Source of the DNA: a virus
Strand: one strand, 5' to 3'
IMG/VR virus record: IMGVR_UViG_3300045988_169907
Location: 1 to 35,018 of that record
DNA: 35,018 bases
The position numbers and the translations under genes were made by a program. Positions 18,415-26,141 of the stretch are shown one piece after another. The notes under the pieces were generated by a model. The model did no database searches and was not told the DNA's origin. It saw nothing but the letters and a program-made list of their open reading frames with translations. Numbering within the stretch: position 1 is the first letter of the stretch; every line of letters starts with the position of its first letter.

Positions 18415-18886
18415 AATCTTATATATTTTCTTGCAGTTTCTTATCAATTCGTATTTTGATAAAAAATATATTGAAACTAAAAGAAACATTTGTCGTGTCA
18501 ATTCGTAATTTTTCAAGATTTTTTTAAAGCTTTTCTGGATAAATATTAATTTTTTTTATATATATCAACGAAATTATTAAAATTTTTCTGGAGAAGTTAA
18601 TAAGAATATGCATAAAATATTTTAAAATATTTTATATTTTAGTTTCTTATTGAAATTAAATGATATTTTAATACTATAAATATTTTGAAATATTTTAATG
18701 TAAAATAAAATTCTAAAAAAATTCTAATAATTTTTCTATATATCAATATAAAATAAATAAAAATTTTACATATTCTAAAATAATTAATGCATTATTTTAC
18801 TTCAATGTTTCCTACTAGATTTCCTACTTGTGAAATGTTGATGATAAAAGAAATATTAATATTTTTCCTATAAAGTCCAACTAAAT

Positions 18887-18960
18887 TTATTAATTGAATT
18901 AGTGGGGGCTACTTAATAGCTTGTCGGCTAATATGTAGCTTCTACTAATTGAATTAATAA
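18887..18960. repeat. 17-bp inverted repeat with one mismatch upstream of replication initiator gene
   Basis: ttattaattgaattagt (18887..18903) and actaattgaattaataa (18944..18960). Confidence 0.7.
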
Positions 18961-19004
18961 AGAGAGAGTCGACAAGCTCTCCAAATACACAGGAGGTTAT
19001 TTTT

Positions 19005-19727
19005 ATGAGAGATATAAGAGAAAAGAATTGGTTTTGGCTTGAAAATGATTTAGTTGATAGAGAAGATATAACAGCTATGGAAAAATTGATATATATGCTT
19101 TTAGCAAGATATGCAGATAAAGATGGTAAATGTTTCCCTAGTCAAGAAAAACTATGTAAAGTTACAGGGATAAAAGATTATAGAACTATTGTTAAGTATC
19201 TAAAACAACTTGAAGAAAAAGGTTTAATAGACATAAAAAAAACTAATGGAAAAGTTAATGTTTACTATTTAAAAAATGTAAATACACCACCTACAAAAAA
19301 TGCAGGTGCAAATTTTGCAGATGAACCACCTACAAAAAATGCAGGTACACCACCTACAAATTTTGCAGGTATAACAATACACAATGAAAAAGACTCAAAG
19401 AACAATACACAATATATAAAAGAAATTGAAGAAGTTGTAAATCACTTAAACCAAAAAGCAGGAACTAAATATAAATCTAATTCTAAGAATACTACTAAAC
19501 ATATAAAAGCTAGGTTAAGTGATGGTTATACACTAGAAGATTTTAAAAGTGTTATAGATAAAAAGTGTTCCGAGTGGCTAAACACTGATATGGAAAAGTA
19601 TTTATGTCCCGATACTTTATTTGGCTCTAAGTTTGAAAAATACTTAAACCAAAAAATAAATGGGCCTAAATTTAATAATAAAAATACTCAAAATAATTCA
19701 GCAGCAGAAATAAAATGGGGGGATTAG
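19005..19727 (+). CDS. Phage replication initiator: N-terminal winged HTH, C-terminal conserved phage replisome domain
   Basis: MLLARYADKDGKCFPSQEKLCKVTGIKDYRTIVKYLKQLEEKGLIDI (HTH) and NHLNQKAGTKYKSNSKNTTKHIKARLSDGYTLEDFKSVIDKKCSEWLNTDMEKYLCPDTLFGSKFEKYLNQ. Confidence 0.85.
   Translation: MRDIREKNWFWLENDLVDREDITAMEKLIYMLLARYADKDGKCFPSQEKLCKVTGIKDYRTIVKYLKQLEEKGLIDIKKTNGKVNVYYLKNVNTPPTKNAGANFADEPPTKNAGTPPTNFAGITIHNEKDSKNNTQYIKEIEEVVNHLNQKAGTKYKSNSKNTTKHIKARLSDGYTLEDFKSVIDKKCSEWLNTDMEKYLCPDTLFGSKFEKYLNQKINGPKFNNKNTQNNSAAEIKWGD
19287..19370. repeat. Iteron-like repeats inside the initiator gene
   Basis: ccacctacaaaaaatgcaggt at 19287 and 19326 (identical), ccacctacaaattttgcaggt at 19350, partial unit at 19302; 19302/19326/19350 are spaced 24 nt. 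Confidence 0.75.
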
Positions 19728-19728
19728 T

Positions 19729-20529
19729 ATGTCTATAACAAGTATGAGAGAACTAGCAGAAAAAATAAAAAACAATGATTTTGACTTCTTAGAAAAAAAG
19801 CCAGTAGAAGTATTAGAAAATGGCGATATAGTCTTAAAGAGATGTGAAGTTTGTGGAGAGGTTACAGAGTTTAAAACTCCACAAGGTTACACATTTAATC
19901 GTGATTGTGCTTGTATTAGAAGTTACAGAAAACAAGCTAGATTGAAAAGATTTAAGGATTTGTCTATAACTGACAGAAATGCAGGAAGTAACATTTTTTC
20001 TAATGCTGAAATAGATAAATCTAACACAGAAGAAAGAAAAATCTATCAAGAACTTTATAAATATGCTGAAGATTTTAGCATAGAAAAGCACGGATATATC
20101 TTTGCTGGTGGAGTTGGAACTGGTAAAACATTCCTAGCAAATTGTGTTTGTAATATGCTAGATGAAAAAGGTTTTTCAGTTCTAAGTTTCTCACTAGGAG
20201 CATATTTTAACAGAATTAGAAAAAATATAGATGAGGAAGAAAGCTTTATTTCTGCTGTTAAGGATGTTGATCTGCTATTTATAGATGACTTAGGAAGTGA
20301 GTACATTAATAGAGAAAATGGGAAGATGTGGGCAGAGGAGAAGATTTTTAGACTGTTCGATGAGAGATACAGAGCAGGAAAGCCGATTATAATTACAACT
20401 AATTTGAAAGTGGGAGAACTTAAAGAACATCTAAAAATTAATGGAGTTAATAAAGTTTATGATAGACTTTTAGAAATGTGTAAATATGTTGAATTTAATT
20501 GGCAAAGCAAAAGAAAATTAAAAATATAG
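19729..20529 (+). CDS. DnaC/IstB-like AAA+ helicase loader
   Basis: GYIFAGGVGTGKTFLANCVCN Walker A, DVDLLFIDDLGSE Walker B. Confidence 0.9.
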   Translation: MSITSMRELAEKIKNNDFDFLEKKPVEVLENGDIVLKRCEVCGEVTEFKTPQGYTFNRDCACIRSYRKQARLKRFKDLSITDRNAGSNIFSNAEIDKSNTEERKIYQELYKYAEDFSIEKHGYIFAGGVGTGKTFLANCVCNMLDEKGFSVLSFSLGAYFNRIRKNIDEEESFISAVKDVDLLFIDDLGSEYINRENGKMWAEEKIFRLFDERYRAGKPIIITTNLKVGELKEHLKINGVNKVYDRLLEMCKYVEFNWQSKRKLKI

Positions 20530-20539
20530 GAGTGTATTA

Positions 20540-20713
20540 ATGAGCAAAAATAAAAGACTTAAAAGAAAAATAAAGAAATTAGAAAAAAATATAATTTTTT
20601 ATATAAACTATGTTAATAATCTAGAAAATGAATACTGTAAGTTGAATAATGAAAATAACATAGTACTCATTATTGCAATAATTGAATTAATAATAATTTT
20701 ATTTAGAATATAA
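20540..20713 (+). CDS. Small coiled-coil/TM protein, 57 aa
   Basis: Read manually: MSKNKRLKRKIKKLEKNIIFYINYVNNLENEYCKLNNENNIVLIIAIIELIIILFRI; RBS ggag. Confidence 0.5.
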   Translation: MSKNKRLKRKIKKLEKNIIFYINYVNNLENEYCKLNNENNIVLIIAIIELIIILFRI

Positions 20714-20723
20714 GGAGGACCAA

Positions 20724-21137
20724 ATGGTAACTAAGAAAATATCGGTAAGAGATTATTTAAGAGGTTTTATAAGAAAAGCTAATAAAGAGGCAGGAGTTAC
20801 TTTTAATGCTGCTAAGCTAAACAGCAAGGAGGAATGCGAAGAATATTTACTAAATCTAATAAAAGATTTAAGACATAAGAAGCAAGATAACAAGGCTTAT
20901 ATCAAAGAGATTGATAGTTTGAAAGAGGAAATAGAGATTTTAAAGAATGGGAATAGAAGTCTTGAATCTCAAGAAGCTAATTTCTGGAAAGAAGATTATT
21001 TCAAAGAAAAAGATAAACATAATTTAACAAAAGCAAGATTAAAAGCAAGATTAGAAGATTATATGGTTATAGTTTTCGAACTAGGTGTAATCTCAATTGT
21101 GGAAGCTATATCAATTGCTATGCTAATCTGGAAGTGA
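20724..21137 (+). CDS. Coiled-coil protein with C-terminal TM segment
   Basis: LKKEEIEILKNGNRS... and C-terminal hydrophobic VIVFELGVISIVEAISIAMLIWK. Confidence 0.5.
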   Translation: MVTKKISVRDYLRGFIRKANKEAGVTFNAAKLNSKEECEEYLLNLIKDLRHKKQDNKAYIKEIDSLKEEIEILKNGNRSLESQEANFWKEDYFKEKDKHNLTKARLKARLEDYMVIVFELGVISIVEAISIAMLIWK

Positions 21138-21141
21138 TGAG

Positions 21142-21465
21142 ATGAAAGAAACTGATTATCAGAGAGTAATAATTGATTATTTAACATTATTAGAAAAGCA
21201 AAATAAATTGTGGTTTCAAAGAACTAATAATACAGCAATCTATGACCCAGTAGATAAGAAATTTAGAAGCCTTTCAAAAGGACAGAAAAAAGGGTTTCCT
21301 GATATAATAGTTTTTACAAAAGGCAGAACAATAGGGCTTGAAATAAAAACACCAACTGGGCGACAATCGCCTGAACAAAAAATAATGGAGCAAAAGATGA
21401 AAGAACAAGGGGCTGAATATTATGTTGTTAAGAGTTTAGAAGAAGTTAAAAAGATTATAAATTAG
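21142..21465 (+). CDS. VRR-NUC domain nuclease
   Basis: LWFQRTNNTA...GQKKGFPDIIVFTKGRTIGLEIKTPTGRQSPEQKIMEQKMKEQGAEYYVVKSLEEV. Confidence 0.9.
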   Translation: MKETDYQRVIIDYLTLLEKQNKLWFQRTNNTAIYDPVDKKFRSLSKGQKKGFPDIIVFTKGRTIGLEIKTPTGRQSPEQKIMEQKMKEQGAEYYVVKSLEEVKKIIN

Positions 21466-21476
21466 GAGCTGCAGCA

Positions 21477-21650
21477 ATGAGTTTAGCAAAAATTATAGAT
21501 ATCCCAAATTTAATAAAAAAGCTGGGAGATGGAGAATACAGAATCAAAGTCAAAGATAAAAGAATTGTGATATTCTCCAAAAATACAAGATATGAAAATG
21601 AGGAGATAAAAAAGATTCTTAATGAAGTTGGAGAGAATGAAAAAGATTGA
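21477..21650 (+). CDS. Small protein, 57 aa
   Basis: Read manually: MSLAKIIDIPNLIKKLGDGEYRIKVKDKRIVIFSKNTRYENEEIKKILNEVGENEKR; RBS taggag. Confidence 0.5.
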   Translation: MSLAKIIDIPNLIKKLGDGEYRIKVKDKRIVIFSKNTRYENEEIKKILNEVGENEKD

Positions 21651-21764
21651 ATTTTATTAAGAATATGATATAATGAATATATAAAGTATTTCTAAATTAG
21701 AATTTAAATTTAGATATAGTCTATTTTAAATATTTTTATGTATTTCTATATTAGAAATTAGAAA

Positions 21765-21792
21765 AGCAGGAAACTAATCCTGCTCTTTTTTT
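21765..21792 (+). terminator. Rho-independent terminator of replication operon
   Basis: agcagga-aactaa-tcctgct followed by cttttttt. Confidence 0.85.
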
Positions 21793-21818
21793 GACAAAAA
21801 AATATTTTATGATATAAT
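21791..21818 (+). promoter_or_regulatory. Strong promoter TTGACA-16-TATAAT directly after a terminator
   Basis: ttgacaaaaaaatattttatgatataat. Confidence 0.65.
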
Positions 21819-21825
21819 TATTATA

Positions 21826-21899
21826 CTGTAATTGTTTATGGATTTTTTTCAAGAATCCATAAAAAAAAGAGGGGGATTTTCAATCCCTCTTTTTTTTAT
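21826..21899 (+). ncRNA. Candidate short RNA with two hairpins, second one a terminator
   Basis: Hairpin tatggatt...aatccata followed by aagaggggg...ccctctttttttt; no ORF. Confidence 0.4.
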
Positions 21900-21901
21900 A
21901 T

Positions 21902-22315
21902 TTAATTTATTCTTTTTAATTTTAATTTATACACATCATTTTGAATTTTTTTCAAGGAATTATAATAATCACTGTTTTCCCCAGCATTTTGGTTTTTAGG
22001 ATCACTATAATATAAATCCCTTAATTCTTTTGAAACTTCAACAATATGTAATTTATATTTTAAATTTTCATCATCAAAAATTAAATTTAATAGTTCATCT
22101 TTAATTTTATTGTTTTCTAAATATTTACTTAATTCGTATCCGTTTTCTTTTAAAATTTTATTAAGTTCTTCATAATCTAGTAAATCATCATAAGCGTAAG
22201 AAATTTCATATTTACCTCTAATCATATTCACTTGTGGTTTATGTCCGTAAACTATACCAAAATTAGTAACTCCTAAAGCATTTTCATAACTTCTTAAAAT
22301 AACATAATTTTTCAT
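21902..22315 (-). CDS. Hypothetical protein, 137 aa
   Basis: ORF with RBS aggaggttt. Confidence 0.55.
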   Translation of the reverse strand: MKNYVILRSYENALGVTNFGIVYGHKPQVNMIRGKYEISYAYDDLLDYEELNKILKENGYELSKYLENNKIKDELLNLIFDDENLKYKLHIVEVSKELRDLYYSDPKNQNAGENSDYYNSLKKIQNDVYKLKLKRIN

Positions 22316-22524
22316 TCTAAACCTCCTAGTTTTTTAATATTTATTAAATTTTCAAGTTCTTCTAATTCTCCAAGTGTAGCCATTTCATTTATAAAAACTT
22401 TCGCACGGCTTTTATAAGTTGAGTGCTTAGTTTTTTCTTTTCCTTTTTCTGTTGCTCTGTATCTTTTATTAGCTTTGTTTTGTTGTTCCTGGGTTTTATA
22501 ACCTTTTCTCTTTTTTTCTTCCAT
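22312..22524 (-). CDS. Small basic phage protein, 70 aa
   Basis: KGYKTQEQQNKANKRYRATEKGKEKTKHSTYKSRAKVFINEMATLGELEELENLI; RBS ggaggc. Confidence 0.6.
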   Translation of the reverse strand: MEEKKRKGYKTQEQQNKANKRYRATEKGKEKTKHSTYKSRAKVFINEMATLGELEELENLINIKKLGGLE

Positions 22525-22545
22525 ATTGCCTCCTGAGAGGTCTAA

Positions 22546-22740
22546 TTAAAGACCTCTATTTTTTAAATCTTCTTTTATAGCTTTCAATGAATTATATCCG
22601 TTTACAAATTGTCTTGCGCCTCTCCAAACTAGAGAATATTTGCTATCATTCCCAGACATTATATAATCATCTGTTAAATCAAATTCACCTTTTCCATTTT
22701 TTAAAACTCTTTCTCTTAATTCTTTTAAACCTTTTAGCAT
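22546..22740 (-). CDS. Small protein, 64 aa
   Basis: ORF with RBS aaggagtg. Confidence 0.55.
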   Translation of the reverse strand: MLKGLKELRERVLKNGKGEFDLTDDYIMSGNDSKYSLVWRGARQFVNGYNSLKAIKEDLKNRGL

Positions 22741-22763
22741 TTTTCATCACTCCTTGATTTTAT

Positions 22764-22792
22764 TTGATTTTTTTACTAAGAAGTGGTATAAT
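22764..22792 (+). promoter_or_regulatory. Rightward promoter (candidate late promoter)
   Basis: TTGATT-17-TATAAT with extended -10 TGg. Confidence 0.65.
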
Positions 22793-22868
22793 CTAAGTAG
22801 TTGAGACTTAGAGTTTTATCACTCTTAGTTTATGGGAAGTGTTGGTCGCATTTCCCTTTCACACTTTA

Positions 22869-22897
22869 ATAATATCATACTTGTACGAGTATGTCAA
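22869..22897 (-). promoter_or_regulatory. Leftward promoter with palindromic spacer
   Basis: Minus strand TTGACA-TACTCGTACAAGTATGA-TATTAT; near-palindrome catactcgtacaagtatg. Confidence 0.75.
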
Positions 22898-23094
22898 TAC
22901 TTTTTTTAAAATATTTTTGTAGAACTCAAAAAGTCCAATAATATCAATGAAAAAAAGCGTAAATTTTTTTTTAAAATTAAATAAAATAATATCTTACAAT
23001 CAAAATTTAATTAAAGTAGATGGGATATATAAGAAGAAGATTTACAAAAATGTAAATTAACTTTTTATGTATCCCATTTTTTTATTTTTTCGGC

Positions 23095-23769
23095 TTGGAG
23101 GTGCTGGAAGATGTGAGTACAAGACAAGAAGTTTATAAATTAATAATAGAAAAGAAAGACAATAAAGAGATAGCAGCAGCATTAAGCATAAGTGTAAGAA
23201 CAGTAGAGAGATATAGAAAAGATTTTAATAGTGCGACAAACGACAACGACATTAAAACGACAACGACAAGCGACAAAAAGAAAAGAAAAGAGAAAGCAAG
23301 AGTTTTAATAGAAACGGGAGCAAGTTTAGAAGAAGCAGCTACACAAAGTAACACAACAATAGATGTTGTTAAAAGATTAAGCAGTAAAGAGAAGTTACAA
23401 GTTAAACAGCTAGATTATTTAAAATCTTTTAGAGAAGAATATAGAGAAGAAATAACGAAGAATAAAAAAGATAGATTAAATCTTAATAATATAGCAAAAA
23501 AGAAAATAGAATATACTTTAAATCTTGCAGAAGACATAAGTAAAGATACACAAAAATTAATTAAAATGAACGAAGAAACAGAACAAAAGATTTTTGAATT
23601 AGATAGAATAGAAAGACTTGAAAGACTAGAACTAGAAAAAAATAAATTTAAAAATGACTTATTGATAGATTTTACTGAAAAAATACAAAAGCTAACAGAT
23701 GAAAATATAATGAAAGTTTTAGAGTTTATGAAATCATTAGAGAGTGATAGCGATGAAAGTGCTAATTGA
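23095..23769 (+). CDS. Terminase small subunit (HTH + coiled coil)
   Basis: NKEIAAALSISVRTVERYRKDF HTH, immediately upstream of TerL. Confidence 0.75.
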   Translation: MEVLEDVSTRQEVYKLIIEKKDNKEIAAALSISVRTVERYRKDFNSATNDNDIKTTTTSDKKKRKEKARVLIETGASLEEAATQSNTTIDVVKRLSSKEKLQVKQLDYLKSFREEYREEITKNKKDRLNLNNIAKKKIEYTLNLAEDISKDTQKLIKMNEETEQKIFELDRIERLERLELEKNKFKNDLLIDFTEKIQKLTDENIMKVLEFMKSLESDSDESAN

Positions 23770-25162
23770 TTTGATAGAAAAAGAATTACAAGACAGAAAA
23801 AAGAATAGAAGTAATGCTCTTATTTTTAAAGCTAGAAGCTATCAACAAGACATTATAGATTTATATGATAAGTATGATTATTTCTTACTTTGCTGGTGTA
23901 GAAGAATGGGGAAAGACTTACTTGCTTTGTATCTTGCTTGTAAAAGATGTATAGAAGTTTCTAATAGTGTTGTTTACTATGTATTCCCAACAATGAAGCA
24001 AGGGAAAATGATGATTTTAGATGGATATAGTAATAACAAAAAAAAGATAATTGATGAAATTATAGACAGAAATGTTTTAGATTTACCTTTAAAATCTGAT
24101 AAGCTCTATCATTCTGATAACACAATTAGATTTAAAAACGGATCTAAAATTTATTTCGTTGGATCACAAGACGCTAATAATAAAGTTGGTGGAAACCTAG
24201 ATTTATTAGTTATATCAGAAATGGCATTAATTCAAAATAAGGATATTATGATGTATTTGATACCATCAGTAGTCAACATAAAAGGAAAAATCATACTTGT
24301 AAGCACTCCACGTTTTGGTAGTGAGTTTAATAAAATGATAGAAGAAAAGCCACAAAAATGGTTTGTTGATGTACTAAATGCTTTAGATAATAGAGCAGTT
24401 GATGAAAACGGAGAAAGAGTTTATACAGATGAAAAATTAGAAAATGTTAAAACTCTAATGAGTGAAAGTAAATTTGAACAAGACATACTTTGTAATATTG
24501 ATGTAGCAAATGAGAATGCTATTTATGCAGCAAGTTTATTAAAAGCTGAATGGATAAAAGAAATAAATTTATCTAACAAAAAGTTATATGTTAGTGAAGA
24601 TTTAGGAATTAATGACAGTACAGCATTGGTATTTACAATAGATAATACTATAATTCATCATTATGCTGCGACAGATAAAGCGACAATACATTATATAGAG
24701 TACATAAAAACTTTTGTGAAAGAACACAATATAAAAGATGTAGAGATTATACTCCCTCACGACGCTAGAAACAGACAAGACGCTATTGATCATTTAACAA
24801 GTAGAAGGGAAGCGTATAACAAGCATTTTAGAGATGTTAGAGTGCTAAGAGCATACGAAGTTAATAAGACAATAGAAATAACAAGACATAGTATAGAACA
24901 GCATAAAATTAAGTTTTTAGACTGTGCAGCAGTTAGGGATATGGTTAGATTAATGAAAGCATACGAATGGAAAATAGATAACTCTACTGGGGAAAATCTA
25001 AGAGTACCCGTTCACGGCAGAGGTCTTGCAGCAAGCAACACTTGCGACGCGGTTGAATACTTTTGTATGCGTATGTTTTCTAGCGATTATAATAAGAATT
25101 TACATGATTTAATGCAAACAAATTATTTAGAAAATGCAGACAGTGAGGCAAGTTATTTATGA
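23744..25162 (+). CDS. Terminase large subunit
   Basis: Motor CWCRRMGKDLLALYLACK, VVYYVFPTMKQGKMMI, NLDLLVISEMALI, VSTPRFGSEFN; nuclease region SEDLGINDSTALVF, HGRGLAASNTCDAVEYF. Confidence 0.9.
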   Translation: MIAMKVLIDLIEKELQDRKKNRSNALIFKARSYQQDIIDLYDKYDYFLLCWCRRMGKDLLALYLACKRCIEVSNSVVYYVFPTMKQGKMMILDGYSNNKKKIIDEIIDRNVLDLPLKSDKLYHSDNTIRFKNGSKIYFVGSQDANNKVGGNLDLLVISEMALIQNKDIMMYLIPSVVNIKGKIILVSTPRFGSEFNKMIEEKPQKWFVDVLNALDNRAVDENGERVYTDEKLENVKTLMSESKFEQDILCNIDVANENAIYAASLLKAEWIKEINLSNKKLYVSEDLGINDSTALVFTIDNTIIHHYAATDKATIHYIEYIKTFVKEHNIKDVEIILPHDARNRQDAIDHLTSRREAYNKHFRDVRVLRAYEVNKTIEITRHSIEQHKIKFLDCAAVRDMVRLMKAYEWKIDNSTGENLRVPVHGRGLAASNTCDAVEYFCMRMFSSDYNKNLHDLMQTNYLENADSEASYL

Positions 25163-25563
25163 TAAAAAAATTAAATACAGAAGAAATAGAAAATATAAAC
25201 ACAAAAATAGATAAATTAAAAAACGATGAATACTATAAGTATTATTTCTGTGATGATGAAATAATTAATTTTCCAGAAGAAGCGTATTTAATTGATGATA
25301 CATACTATATAGATTTTACAAAATACGATAATTTTATGTGTGTCGGAGTAATAAATCTTAGTAATAAAGTTGTATCTACATCATATTTTAATTTAATGCA
25401 TTTACTTAGAAATAGATTGAAACATTATAAAAATCTGTATCTATGGTGTTATTTAGATAATAGTACATCTATTAGATTTCATAATTTATTAATAAAAAAG
25501 CTTAATGCAAAACAAGTAATAAATGACAATATATCTATTGTAGAACTAGGAGGTTTAGAATGA
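25159..25563 (+). CDS. Hypothetical phage protein (acetyltransferase-like size, unassigned)
   Basis: ORF overlapping TerL stop. Confidence 0.5.
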   Translation: MIKKLNTEEIENINTKIDKLKNDEYYKYYFCDDEIINFPEEAYLIDDTYYIDFTKYDNFMCVGVINLSNKVVSTSYFNLMHLLRNRLKHYKNLYLWCYLDNSTSIRFHNLLIKKLNAKQVINDNISIVELGGLE

Positions 25564-26138
25564 AAATTTTAAAAATAAAAGAATATGATACTTTAGAGGA
25601 ATATTATAGTTTAGAAAAAACTTACTACAAAGGTGGTAATCCAATTAAAAAAGTTGGAAAAGGAATAGGGAAAGGAATAGGAGGTATTGGAAAAACTGCT
25701 AAAAATATAGTTGGTGGTTTGACTGGTGGAGCAATAGGAAAAAATCCACAAGAAGATTTACTTAGACAGCAAAGAGAAGAAGCTGATAGACAAGCTAGAG
25801 AAGCAGCAGAAAGACAAAGATTAGCCATAGAAGCTGAAAACAGAAGAAGAGCAGAAGAAAGAGCAAGAGCAGAAGCAGAAGCAAAAGCTAAAGCTGAGGC
25901 AGAAGCTAAAAGACAAGCAGAACTTGAAAGACAAAGAAAAGCAGAAGAAGAATATAGAAACAAAGTAAAAACAGATACTGAAAGTATGCAAAGAGATATA
26001 GACGGCTTTCAAAATAAACAACAAGGAACAAATTTAACTGATAAACCTCAAACAACTGTTGATTTTTCAAAAAGTTTGAAACTAAATAAAAACAGAGATG
26101 AGGATAAGCTTAAAAAGATTTTTAAAACAGGTAGGTAA
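25560..26138 (+). CDS. Glycine-rich then KEAR-rich long-helix protein between terminase and portal
   Basis: KKVGKGIGKGIGGIGKTAKNIVGGLTGGAIG and REEADRQAREAAERQRLAIEAENRRRAEERARAEAEAKAKAEAEAKRQAELERQRKAEEE. Confidence 0.6.
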   Translation: MKILKIKEYDTLEEYYSLEKTYYKGGNPIKKVGKGIGKGIGGIGKTAKNIVGGLTGGAIGKNPQEDLLRQQREEADRQAREAAERQRLAIEAENRRRAEERARAEAEAKAKAEAEAKRQAELERQRKAEEEYRNKVKTDTESMQRDIDGFQNKQQGTNLTDKPQTTVDFSKSLKLNKNRDEDKLKKIFKTGR

Positions 26139-26141
26139 TAT

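Noticed and set aside
20-18458. Shared 12-mer aattcgtatttt near the left edge and at 18447..18458 as possible att core
   Set aside because: AT-rich short match, plausible by chance, and the second copy is not at an element boundary.
19287-19370. CRISPR array
   Set aside because: Repeat units are short, irregular, in frame inside a coding gene and lack unique spacers.
22800-22860. tRNA or riboswitch in the dyad-rich segment before terS
   Set aside because: No cloverleaf or known riboswitch consensus could be built; only small stems are present.
25625-26024. Minus-strand ORFs 25625..25963 and 25821..26024 rich in A/S/F or C/F/S
   Set aside because: Mirror of the KEAR-rich coding region on the plus strand; repetitive translation is a codon-bias artefact.
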